The notes beneath the pieces were generated by a model. That model worked only from the letters and a program-made list of their open reading frames with translations. It searched no databases and was not told the DNA's origin. The translations under genes were made by a program, and so were the position numbers. A DNA stretch of 56,652 nucleotides, the filler included, from Sphacelaria rigidula (Eukaryota): the NCBI GenBank assembly GCA_964200075.2. It is 5 parts of 5 records of this genome, joined end to end, with 100 filler letters (N's around TTAATTAATTAA, not from the genome) between each part and the next. Parts side by side here need not be neighbours in the genome. Positions count along the whole stretch, not along the records: positions 45,404 to 56,652 come from CAXNAA020005169.1; 4 more parts are not named here. One strand, written 5' to 3'. This document shows, one piece after another, positions 45,304 to 56,652 of the stretch; the first letter of the stretch is position 1; every line of letters starts with the position of its first letter.

Positions 45304-45403
45304 NNNNNNNNNNNNNNNNNNNNNNNNNNNNNNNNNNNNNNNNNNNNTTAATTAATTAANNNNNNNNNNNNNNNNNNNNNNNNNNNNNNNNNNNNNNNNN
45401 NNN
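45304..45403. other. Artificial scaffold-joining linker
   Basis: N44-TTAATTAATTAA-N44. Confidence 0.98.
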
Positions 45404-46539
45404 TGAAGCGAATGATCAAAGCCACTCTCAATCGTATCATCTACTCTCAATCTCACGAAAACACTGTTCTAGGGGTATCGGCACGACATTACCTGTATAC
45501 CTGTATACCACCTGCCCCCATTCCCCCCCGTACCCAAAATTGACCATAAATATTTATGGTGTCTTGATTCCTATCTACGAGTACACGGACAAAAATCATA
45601 TGTCCCACCCCCCCCACTGTTGAGGGGGGCCTGCTGGAGGAAGAAACCATCAACGCTCCGGCTCCATCTTTCTTCATAACCGAGCCGATTGTTGATCGCC
45701 CGACGGCAGCGTCCGCCGTTTTCGAGCACGAAGTTGAATTTCGCAGAGAAAAATGGGGCAACAAGAATCAAAGGAACGCAGTGCTCAGCACTGTTTTCAA
45801 AAAGCACAACCGGAACCCTCAAACTGAGACGCGAAATCAATGTTTTTTGTGCATTCAAGGCCTCTGCTCGCAAGATATTGAGTTTACCGTGAATCTTACG
45901 TGCGCCTACTCTATAGATTGATAACGAATGAGGTGAAGGTGAGGGTATCGATCGTTTCCCTTACTCCGGGAAAATCACCACAACACCAAAATCATCATCC
46001 GCTAAACTACATATCGTTTGGGGTTTTGAGTATACTTTGGTATAGCCCTTATCTCCATGCGGCACACGACTTACTCGACATCGCGTTCAATCAACGGGGA
46101 AAAAATGGTCCAGGTTTTTGAGCAGGTGTGCATCCACGCCCCACCCGAACCGCCCCCCACACCACCCCCCCCCCCCCCCACCCCCCTCCCCCACACCCCA
46201 CTCNNNNNNNNNNCCCATGGGGCACCCGAGTTCCCGGACACCGCGTTAAACCAACGGGGAAAAAAGGGCCCGGTTTTTTGGGAGGGGGGGCCCCCCCCCC
46301 CCCCCCCCCAACACACACACTTTGTCACGCTTTGAACCCCTTCCCTTCCTCGGGACAATTCCGTGGTCTCAAGGGATCAACCCATCTCTCCCCCGTACAC
46401 GATCAGAATATTTTTCTCGCGGATTGAGCCAACACTCGATCTCGAACCGCGTCAACTCTCGTTAAACAAACTCAATCAACCATTTTGGTTTACTCGCGTA
46501 CTCAGGCTTTCGACGGCGGAATACGTCCCATACTTCGAA

Positions 46540-46720
46540 GGGAATACCCAACGCATCGGGAATCGAACCCGTTTTCTCCACCCTAATGGCGACACTCGGA
46601 CCATTAGACCGCCACCGGGGTGCGGCGGCGCGGTTAGACGATAAATATGATATGCGGATCACGGTCCAATTTGCCTGTGTCAATGAGATATAGCTGTGAA
46701 AGCTCAAGTCCATGCACTAA
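46540..46720 (-). repeat. Dispersed repeat shared with 36420-36620
   Basis: Both translate as MDLS(Y/F)HS.ISLTQ.NW in the ORF track. Confidence 0.7.
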
Positions 46721-47352
46721 AGGTGCGACTCTTGACGAGATCGTGAATGTACTGGAACAGCCTAGACAAAAGCTGGACAACATTATTAGCCCAGAAGTGT
46801 CTATAAATTCAGATAGATTGGTCAAAACTCGTTCGTCAAAGTGCCGCAACTTCACTTGACGATTGAGAGGCTGGGCTTTGCTCGATTCGGCCGCAAATTT
46901 TTCTCTTCTCTCATTTCTTCGATAGTGTAGACACGATTTCAGTGTGTCTTTTTTCGATTATGCATATCGAATACCCCGAATTGGTTGTCTCCAATGTACA
47001 ACAAAGGTCATTTTCCAGTGAGCATCGCAAGCAGTTGGTACCTCGGATTCGGCGTTCCTCCACCAGATTTCCACTCGGACAACGTTTGTTTTTTCTCAAT
47101 TTACGTCAAGGTTGGGCTCGCGATGCTTCGGACTTGGCGCCTGCCGTGGAAGTGCCCCATACCCTTTGCTGGCGGTCATGGAAAAATCGGAAGATCCACC
47201 GGATTATGACCACCTTACAGAGAGACGAACACGATCCGAGAAACACTCCCATCTGCTGCTCGCCGACCTCTGTGTTCAGTGTTCCCAGCGACTGACACGC
47301 ATCAAACCTGAGCTATTGTCGCGGTGGCCTTGAACCAATTTCAAACCAGGCT

Positions 47353-47571
47353 ATGTTCGCTCTTGACGGTAAGGGAGCGACCGATGACCCGTACAACTTT
47401 AATATTGCTGCTGACGGTCATCGATATGGGAGCGGTAAGAAAACGAGCAGCAATGACACCAAATCGTGGAGGAAGGCTGGGGGCAGCAAGTTGAGCGGCG
47501 GTGGTACAGGTGATGCAGGCTCACGGCAGCAGCCCAGACCAGGCGAGAAGAAACTCTCTCTGAACATCAAG
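47353..47571 (+). CDS. Exon 1 of a 5-exon gene (~1147 aa) with DUF4614/C19orf44-like C-terminus
   Basis: MFALDGKGATDDPYNFNIAAD...LSLNIK; donor AAG|GTACCT phase 0. Confidence 0.7.
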
Positions 47572-47869
47572 GTACCTTCAAATCTCGCGCTATTGCCAGG
47601 ATAGAGGTAGGCAGTGCGAAGACGGCTTGCGAGACGAGTATACGCGGTGGAAGCTCACTGAAACTCGTCAGTCTAAACGACCCGAGAGACCCTCCACACG
47701 AGTTAGTTGGTTCGTGTAAGTCCTACTTCATGGGCTACCGTACTGTACGCGGAGTCGAGCGCTTCGTTATCTGCGTGAGAAACACACACATTACGTATTA
47801 TTCACGTGTCAGGAACACCCGTATATACATGTAAGCCAAGAGGAGACGAACACGCTACAGAAGAGGGGG

Positions 47870-47870
<1 letters not shown>

Positions 47871-47939
<69 letters not shown>

Positions 47940-47960
47940 CCAACCAACCAACCAACCAAC
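47871..47960. repeat. (CAA)n microsatellite followed by (CCAA)n, in intron 1
   Basis: Direct reading. Confidence 0.95.
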
Positions 47961-48283
47961 GACACACGCACGGCGGAGGAAGCACCCACGCCGACCACTT
48001 GTGCTAGTGCGACAAGAGTCTAGCTAGATAATCAGCCTGCACCCCACGTACCCTCAACGTCCGCATACTTTTTGTGTCATATGACGCAATTCCCCTCGAC
48101 AGTCACTCTCGTCACTATTGTTTACTTAGCCATTCTCACCGTTAATGCTGGCCGTGCCTGGCACGGCCAAGTCAACGATACAGAAACTGGACTACGTAGT
48201 CAATGTGCTCTATGAAAAACATGCTAGGTAACGCGTTGCTGTGGCGTGCTATACGCGCCGATACTCGTCGGGATGATCGGTAG

Positions 48284-50578
48284 GATGGCAGAAGATCACC
48301 CAATGCTGGAACCCAAGACGCACCGCTAGAGCGCCCAGAGGGAGCGGATCATGTCCGAAGCTCTATGGCTTCTTTCAATGCCTGGCACACGAGCGTATCT
48401 ACGAAAACTGCTCCACTTCGGGCATCGGCGCCCGCAGGGAATCCTTCGGCACTCGACAAGGCGATGGGTTTTTTAAACAAGTATACGCAAGGCGGTGTCA
48501 GGAACAGTGATGCTGGTACTCCACCCACGAAGACAAACACGGCGGTAACTGGGTCGCGGCAACTGAACGGCGGTGATTTCGACAAATCCGGCATGAATGG
48601 GAAACGGACGAATTATTATGACAATGAAATTGATGACATGGATATATTACTTAGTAGCAGCGAAGACGGGGACGACATTGAGTCTAAGCCACAGAAGCAA
48701 CGGATGACGAAGACCGAGTCTAAACATGGGTTTCAAGGGCATGTCGATAAGTATGACGATGCAGTTGATGGCGGGAGGTTGAAAGCATCCGTGTTCCCGA
48801 TGAAAGTAGATGATGCAGGTCTATCTCTCACAGGAGTACGATCATCTGGACGATTTCCTACCGCTGAGGACTTGGGTATCCGCGTCGAGGAAGGTTTGGG
48901 AGGGAACGTGACAGCACCGAAGGCCGCTGTTTCACCGTTTGGGTCAAGACAGTCAATCAACCACCACTCAAGCGCGGCAGATGATTTTAAAACAGGGTAC
49001 AACAAAACAGCAAGGGATGATCGTGGCGTTCCCGAGGTCACGGACGTGTCTTCGGCGGTACGTTTGACCGTAAACATTCCGGGATCTCAGCATGCCCATG
49101 CACTGGAAGCCAGCAGCCGAGAGACCAGAAATTTCATCGAAGGTGATACTCATGGCATCAGTAGTACCAATTCCGTTGCGTCCAAGCTTAGTCGGTCCAT
49201 AGAAAAGCCAAACGAAAGCCATACCGTGACATCGTCTAGAGAACGCAATGCCGCCAGCGACCAGCAGCGACTAAGTAGATCGTGTTCAGGGATTGAGAGC
49301 AGCTGCGGGGTCAACGACGAAGGAGATTTGATCTCGATCAGCCCCACGGCTGACCGTATTACGGGCAAAACAGGTGGGAATTCCGGTTCAGAAGGGGTAA
49401 GTCTCGGGAGGGGAGCAAATGACAGGGATTTTGACCAGGGAATCCGACGTGGGGGCGGCGGTGCAAGGGGTAGCATCGTTTCGTTCAATGATCTAGCTAT
49501 TGCGGGACACCATGTTTCATTCGCTTCCACCACTCCGGTTGCTTCAGAGGAGCCAGTCGTCGGCGACGAACAGGGCGTTGGTACTAGATCCGGCACCGCA
49601 GATAGCACGCGTATACAAAACGAAGTTAATTCGGCGGAGACAGTGCGAGTAATGGAGAAAGGTTGTAGTGATGGCGGCGTTGGTGGTCATGATGATGAGG
49701 AGAAGGACGACGACGAAGACGACTACGGAGACGATGACTTCGAGGAGCTAGAAGCGACAGCGGATAGTGACCAATACGATGATTCTCCATCGGATGAAAA
49801 AATGCGGAAGGTTTTCGCTTCCAACGGCACAAATCGCTACAATGATGCCACGCTGGCGCATGCAGTGGAATCGACCACCATGGGAATGGCCTCGAGATTC
49901 GGGAAGGACAACACTGTGGACGATCGCGGGCAAGGGTCCAACGTTCGACGTTCTCGACAAGCGTGGGCTGAACCGTCTAGGAACGTCACCACAGACAATC
50001 GATGGCCGTCTCAAACGATCGATAAAAGTACCGCGGATGCCCAGAGCGCGTGTTGGTCTCCTGACTCACCCACAGACCGCAACGCTACAGTAATCAGCGA
50101 GCGGAGCGACGATGCCAACAGGGCTCATGATGATGGCGGGACGCGTACTCCATCCAAAGGAGGAGATATCAATGTAGCGTGGGGTATACAATCTGTAAAC
50201 GAGTCAAGGCAGCTCGAACGCTACCAAACAGACTCCGAAGGCATTGCCATGGGAATGGTGGAACAAGCACGACATTCAAATTCTGGTACGCGCGAAAGCA
50301 CCAAAGGGTGTAGCAGTGTCGCGCGCATCGTGCACCCAGACCAGAGCGGACAGCGAAGGCCTGGTTATCGACAGACCGTGTCAGACCGCAATGCTGGCAA
50401 GAATACCGTTTCGACAAACCGAGGTGTGGTGATTGACAGATCCTGCGAGATATTGATGCCGGGCCCTTCGCTAGACTCACCAGACGTGAAAAATATCGTG
50501 CGTGCCGAAACCGTGGCGGTGGTGGAGTACGCCCACGATCCGGAGAGGAATGTAGATCTACGGAGCGTTGGCACGCAG
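48284..50578 (+). CDS. Exon 2 (large, disordered, acidic patch) of the DUF4614-like gene
   Basis: Acceptor CGGTAG|GAT phase 0; 2295-nt open frame with SALDKAMGFLNKY and DDEDDYGDDDFEE; donor CAG|GTGTGT. Confidence 0.85.
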
Positions 50579-50944
50579 GTGTGTCGAAAGTTAACGGGTG
50601 GAATTGACTGGCGTAATGGTTAGTCAGGAACCGGTCACGAGATGCCCATAGCCAGGCTCGAGCGTGTGTGCTGGCGTGCAATGCCTATCCAGGAATATCA
50701 TTTTCGTGTTTTGTACTCGTAGTGTTTAGGCGGAGAATATTTTAACCCGGCCTACTTTCGCAGAAGGTTTACATGGAAATACGTGTGTGCTACAAATATC
50801 TCTCTTCAGATCTTTGGACGCGCAAGTGCAGGAGGCAGTAACCTGCTCTTCTCTTGGAGGCGGAGAGTACTCGCAACTTGACCGATGCTGTCGTGCGTCA
50901 CCAGGGCTAAAGTGCTTCCAGTGTTCCATTTTTGCGCGCTGCAG

Positions 50945-51406
50945 GCAACAGGAACCGCCGCTGCCGTGCAGGCCAACATCTCGGTACCAGGTATGATCGG
51001 TACGCATTCAGTTTTAGATGCTAGCCTTCTGGGAGCGGATAGCGGAGAAACTCGAACGGCGGGCGTCGGGTACCGACCAGGCGAATCATACGCGAAATGG
51101 GGTCGTTTTACGTGCGACGTTCCTAGCTACCACCTCCCCAGCGGTCTTGCCCACGCCAGACCAGGACTCAACTTTGCCCCGCCGCCGCCGGCTCCCAACT
51201 TGTCGGAAAGACGCGTTCGTCCATCTACGGGCGACGCGGCGATCGACGAAGCAGCAGAAAATATCGTGGGTAACGATACCGACGGGGGTGGATCAACCCA
51301 TGAGTCTTCTCCTCGTCGCACGCCTGCCAATGGACGGCAGCAGCGCTTTTCTGACGCATGCGAACACCACCCGCCTTTTGGTAGAGGCATACCGACGTAT
51401 CTCCAG
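50945..51406 (+). CDS. Exon 3 of the DUF4614-like gene
   Basis: Acceptor CTGCAG|GCA, donor CAG|GTGAGA, both phase 0; RSVGTQ|ATGTAAAVQA. Confidence 0.8.
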
Positions 51407-52460
51407 GTGAGAACAATGAAGACGAAAACGGTGTATGCGTATTTCGTCGAAGGTACGAGTACTAGCATTGTCCCCCATCTACCGGCAGCGTCAGAAGTAA
51501 CCATGGCTGTGGTGTGTCATCTTTGGTCCGGCATCAGGATTTGAATAAAACATACATTTCCCGCGCATGGTTTACACAATCTGTACAACAGGTGTTTCTA
51601 AACGCCATGGCGGAATCCCAGGCCGAATCGTGCGCAGCATGGCAGTGCGTAGTCGAAGAGACGGCACGAGCGCCCGGAATACCTAGATTTCCAGGTATTA
51701 ACTGCTTTTTCACCGTTTGTTTTCGCCAAAGTTTTCGTAGTCGTGTGGTGTACGTGATGGTATGAGGGGGTCGGGGTGGACGGGTGGACGATGTACTCAT
51801 GACAACGCATGTCATCGCCTACCGGTCATTGAACTTGCGTCCCAACAATACCGGCATGGAATGACACGCCGGATTTTGCCGGCCCAGGGCACGTGTCACA
51901 CGGGTCATCCTTGCGTTGCTACATTAAGCCGACCACTTAGCCATCCTTAGTAAGCGAATGCGGGATTTTCTGCAGGCGTCACTAGCCTCAAGTTCACCGT
52001 GGGCATAATCTGCCTGTGTTTCTCCATGGGGCATTGCTACAAGAAAACATTGCTGCACGTTGTTCCAACTACCCCATAACTAGGGTTTGAAGTCTTCGTC
52101 CGAGATCAACCATTTCGCGTACACATACATACATGAGCTTCCACGCGTCCTCTATAGGATACAGCAGGTTTTCAGCTTCATGCCACAAGAGCTAGTTGCA
52201 AGAGAAAGACGGATCGGTTGTTTTTCACATCAAACCAACTGCCTGCATGTAAATATTGACCATGTGGGCGAAAAATGTGCTCACGCGGGAGTTCGTCTTC
52301 TCTCTTGTAGAGAGTGAGAGGAAAATGGAACTCCCCGTTGTCAGCTAATACTCTGCGTCACACAGTGAATGCGTGAGGTGTTAACACTCAAATAGTACAC
52401 ACCACCCACCCTGATCCCGGGCTGCGCTTCCCTTTTGTCTCCCCTACAGCAACCCATCAG

Positions 52461-52655
52461 GCACTTGAGAAGAGACCAGTAGCGCCATGTACCAGGGAAG
52501 GTGCAGAGTCATTTGGCGCTAATGCTGGGCCGGGAGCGGGGGTATCACAGGAAACCAGACGGTCAGCAGCGAACTTGGATGCAGTAGGTGCTATGATGGC
52601 TACCCAGGAAACTTTCAGAAAGCAGCTGGCAGACATGCGCGGAAATTTCGACAGG
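52461..52655 (+). CDS. Exon 4 of the DUF4614-like gene
   Basis: Pyrimidine tract then CATCAG|GCA; ...LDAVGAMMATQETFRKQLADMRGNFDR; donor AGG|GTGAGT. Confidence 0.75.
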
Positions 52656-53377
52656 GTGAGTGACGACCAACAATAGATCACTACCCCGCGAGAATGCGCG
52701 AAACTCGACGCGGAGGATTTTCCCTTCTCGATGACGTGGGTGCTGTTGATAGCTTGGAGAATATTGGTCTTGAAGGGGAAACGTTAAAGATCCCCGCGAG
52801 GTTTGGTGATGCATTGGCCGGAAAGGAACAAGTGTGTACCATGCTGCTTGTTGTCGAGGTGATGGGTTCCCAACTAGTAGAATAGTGGTTACTTCAGGGC
52901 ACGTTTTGTGGTGTACACGACTAATGACGACATCGAGTGTGGTGATTTGTCTCCAAGGGGTACTACAAGTGTGAGTTCAAGTGTAATTCATATCCATCAA
53001 CGTTGAGTCGGGTTTAGGCGTATCTCAACAGGCCGTCAGTTGGAGAAGGATACGTTTCGAGCTCTGAATTAGCGTAGGTCCAGTATTTGCATGTTTTCGT
53101 GCTCAAAGAAGATCCTTTTCGATTCTTGGTAGTTTATTTGCTCTTCAATCCCGTGCGCGGCAGGTTCCGTTCGCCACGATACGTATTTTTCGTCCAGACT
53201 TCTCCTGAGGAACGCGGTTGTCAATCAATCTCAACGACCTGTATACCACATACACTATCGTTGGCCAGTCGAACTAATGGTGGTCGCGGTGCAACACACA
53301 AGTTTTTGTCGGGGGAATCAACCCATCTCACGTTGTATCACCTGTTGACTGTACCGCGCCGTCGTTTTTTGGCGCAG

Positions 53378-53650
53378 ATACGTTATCGTGCAGAAGCCGC
53401 AGGGTACCAACATCGCCATGCGTACAACTACGAATCCCTTGCAGATGCTCGGGATTTTCTCGACCAAATTCGGCCGGCGGCTACCAGCCATGTCGAAGCC
53501 CTGGCAAGAGTCGATCCGTCTTTCACCCCGGAACAGGCTGCGGCGGCTGAAAAACGGACGGACGCGCCAACTGAGCGTAATGCTGCAGAAGAATTGAAAG
53601 CGCCACAACACGACAAGAGTAATAGGAACGGTAGTCCGACCGAAGAATAG
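53378..53650 (+). CDS. Exon 5 (terminal) of the DUF4614-like gene
   Basis: Acceptor GCGCAG|ATA; YNYESLADARDFLDQIRPAATSHVEALARV resembles, from memory, the C19orf44 C-terminus (Y.YTTLE.AKEYI..HRP......AL..V); stop TAG. Confidence 0.75.
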   Translation: MRYRAEAAGYQHRHAYNYESLADARDFLDQIRPAATSHVEALARVDPSFTPEQAAAAEKRTDAPTERNAAEELKAPQHDKSNRNGSPTEE

Positions 53651-56277
53651 ACGAATAGACGTTGTCGCAGATGTTTCATTCTAAATCGGAAAATTCTATT
53701 TCTTCCAGCCTTTCCACCCTATGATGATACTTGCAGTTTTGCCTCTAAGAGCATGGTTATCAAGGCGACCACAGTGAGCTGAGCGAGAATGGCGGACACC
53801 GAGTCTGTAACAATATTCCGAGAGGCGCGAGAGAGCTGCTGTTACATGTGCGTATGTGTGGCCACCGCGCCACAGTGATGTAATGGTACGGTTGGAAAAA
53901 TACGGGTTTGATTCCGGCAGACGCTCATTCTTTATTTTCGCCGAAAAACACGATTTCCGCCGTTGAAAACGTGAAGGCGTGAGTGGCAAAAATAGTTTTA
54001 TCCGAAGAGAGTCGACGCGGTGCGGAATTTCCGATCCAATCGGCGATACCAACATCCAAGGAATGTGCCAGGGGAGAGATGGATTGCTCTTTTGAGACCA
54101 CAGACTTGTCCCGAGGAACGGAAGGGGTTAGAATAGAGTGTGTGGATGTGTTACACCATGGGTGTAACACAAGCGTAGTGATTTGTTGTATCGGCCTGTC
54201 CAGTCCCCCTTTATTCAAAAGGAACAAGGTATGCGGGTTGGCAAGTCTGCTGGCGAGACAAGTATGCTCCTCGCGCACATGAAGGACGGCCGCAAAGCGC
54301 GTGATCGGTCTTTGGAGTTGTCCGCGAGTGTCTCGGGCGCATGAATACGTCTTATCTGCACGCTTGTTTGACGTATCGCGAGCAGATACGGAGTGCATGT
54401 ACATTCCGGCGCTTGGATCTGTCGTCGCGCCTTTTCAATTTTATTCGATTGGAAAGAGTACCGATTTTTACCGAAAACATGGAACAATACGGTATTTTGC
54501 CATTTACGGACGCCCATGTAAAGCAAGCAAGGATGGCATTCTTTGTGTGGTTTCCCTCTGCGACCTTGGTCATGGACATTCTCGTTGCGAGGGTGCAGAA
54601 TTTGCGTCATTTCTATCGATCGGCAAGGGAATCGCCAAACAGCAAGGCCTCGAAATTCGCAGGTACGAGTTGAACATACGGCGGCTGATGTTCAGCAACA
54701 ATGGGTATCAAGTAGTTAGGGGGATCAATCGTGGCGGCACAGGAAATATGAAAGATTCGGCAATGCAAAACGGTCCGCAACTATGTGCACACCGCCTTGA
54801 AATGTGCATTCACCTGTTGCATGGTGTTTCAATGGGGGCAATCACGCGAAGTCTGGCATTGTTGGTAATTGTGGGCAAAGTATATTGGGCACGTGCGTTC
54901 AATGCTTGGGGAAACCTGTCGGGAGCTTAGGCTGCCAGGCCTACCCGAATTTATGCTTCGCAGCACATGGAGTGTATAATATTGCCTAGCGCAGGATAGC
55001 ACGTTCCTCTTGGTTAGATACGGAGTAACCGCTACTGCTTGGCCGGGAAGTTGTCACTCCTGAGATTCTTCTTTTCGAAGATTTAGGTACAACAGAAAAT
55101 ATTCTCTGGAACGGTGTAGAAAAATCCAGAAACACGAGACCGTACACTAGGACGTTTAGAGAGGATGAGCACGGCAGCATTCACGAGAACATCGCGAGCC
55201 TCCCTCACCTCTCACTTTTCTCTAGCGCCCGAAGTTCTGACAAGATCTATTGTTTCAGAGATGCTCTTGGCCGTAAGCCCGCCCTTGATGCATCGGCACT
55301 GGTCTTTATGCGCCAACACGGATAGCGTAATTGCAACCGGCGCCGGCTTCTACTACCACGTCAAACCGTGTCGCTACAGATGCCAGTATAAATGCGGGAA
55401 GAGAGACAGAATTTTCACTTTTTTCGTACTTTGAAGCTGCTGGACGTTTTATTATCGGAGATTATATCAGCAGCATTCCCTCAACCCGTAGATTAACGTC
55501 GAATTACTTTTACTACTCACGCGCTCAAGCATCCGACCACGGATGCGAACGGATAGCCCCGCGGTATACCGAGAGTACCCACAAATCGAAACCTATACAT
55601 TTGGACCCCTAAATCGACAGTTGGCAGTTTCTTCTTTCGAATAGGTGGTATCCCGCGAAGGACAAACTTCCAAGAAGTGCGTAAAGTTATATTATTTTAA
55701 ATGCTTGGCGTTGATGTGGAAAAGAAGCGAAGATGATGATATCTCCTCTTTTCGGGTTTACTTCAGCGGGTGTTTTCGTCTTGGTTACCGTGGGGACGTC
55801 TATGTTGAGACCAGGGCGGGACTTTGTGGGATTAGTGTGTGTGCGGGATCGATCAATCGATCAATGCGACAGAAAAAATACTTGATTTTAGTGTATACGA
55901 AAAGTTGCATCGGTTCAGTACGGCGTATCGGTGACTGCTTCATTCGATCTCTGTACTGCGACGTCACGAACTACTGGTTGCATTTTTCGTATTGGGTTCA
56001 ATGAGATTTAAGTTATGCTTGAGCTCAGAGTAGTTCCAAGAAGATCTGGAATCAAACTCTGCTCGGTTTTAGTGCCTTACAATTTTCCAGCTTCCGTTTG
56101 TCTAAGAAGCAGTGTTGAAACTCGTGTATCAAAATATCGAGTATCGATCGCGATTTTCGGCAATTCTCAGTATCGAAATCGCGAGCTGGTGAGCCGGTAC
56201 TTTCGATACGCAAACTGTCTCTGTCGGGGGCCCTGCCTGTTGAAAAGGGGAGGGGGTCGTGCATTCACATCATCGGT

Positions 56278-56361
56278 CCCCCCCCTTAGTGCTCCGTCTC
56301 GAAAGGGATGCGTGGTCAATGGTCAAACGACTAAGGCAAGCGACAAATGAGTACGCCCCCC
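56278..56361 (+). mobile_element. Very short LINE 3' tail with C-runs on both sides
   Basis: C8-ttagtgctccgtctcgaaagggatgcgtggtcaatggtcaaacgactaaggcaagcgacaaatgagtacg-C6+; matches 1720-1795. Confidence 0.85.
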
Positions 56362-56652
56362 NNNNNNNNNNTTAGTCGTTCGTCCGCAAAAGAGAGGGGG
56401 GAAAAAGGTCAAACAACCAAGGAAAACGAAAAAAAAGCCCCCCCCCCCCCCCCCCCCCTCCCCCTTTTCGTGCAAAAATGACCCTTCAAAAACAGGAAAA
56501 AAGGCCCAGAAAACCAGAAACCGGTTGTTCAGCCATTTTCCGAGTATTGATTTTAAAATATCGGTTTCGACGTTTTTTCGTCGATATTTTGAAAAAAACG
56601 TATCGAATCTTTTTTCCCGTTCGATTTTCAACACTGCCAAGAACGAAATTGG

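Noticed and set aside
45640-45680. MKKDGAGALM|GT as the first exon of a divergent gene
   Set aside because: Too short, weak donor, no homology evidence
46060-46320. Tandem duplication around a 10-N gap
   Set aside because: The second copy is a homopolymer-smeared version of the first; assembly artefact
54215-54930. Overlapping 110-209-aa ORFs
   Set aside because: No recognisable motifs or consistent splice sites
1-56652. CRISPR array, tRNA/rRNA genes, prokaryotic operons, integrated giant-virus genes
   Set aside because: No regular repeat-spacer array, cloverleaf or rRNA signature, or viral hallmark gene seen; genes have spliceosomal introns

Overview
Eukaryotic, intron-rich, repeat-rich DNA. 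GT-AG introns, a bipartite signal+'AF' plastid presequence and the repeat style suggest a photosynthetic stramenopile, probably a brown alga (inference). The window is not one locus. It is five scaffolds of 11252, 11251, 11250, 11250 and 11249 bp, joined in descending size order by identical 100-bp N44-TTAATTAATTAA-N44 linkers, so neighbours across linkers are probably unrelated. Scaffold 1 holds a decayed 5'-truncated LINE inside an intron of a minus-strand gene for a probably plastid-targeted (aldose-1-epimerase-like?) protein, plus several non-autonomous repeats. Scaffold 2 holds a THUMPD1/Tan1-like gene (last exon not found) and foldback elements. Scaffold 3 holds the 3' part of a USP (peptidase C19, USP37-like architecture) with UIMs, a RanBP2-type zinc finger and a 38-aa tandem repeat inside the catalytic domain. 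Scaffold 4 holds a decayed multi-exon locus with pieces of two or three divergent protein-kinase domains (one visibly non-RD), an RRxS-repeat tail, and a 440-bp palindromic MITE with a 4-bp TSD. Scaffold 5 holds a complete 5-exon gene (~1147 aa) with a DUF4614/C19orf44-like C-terminus. The most interesting signals are a LINE plus ~470-520-bp non-autonomous partner that end in GAGTAC-poly(C) and often have a C-tract at the 5' side too, and the tandem-kinase locus.
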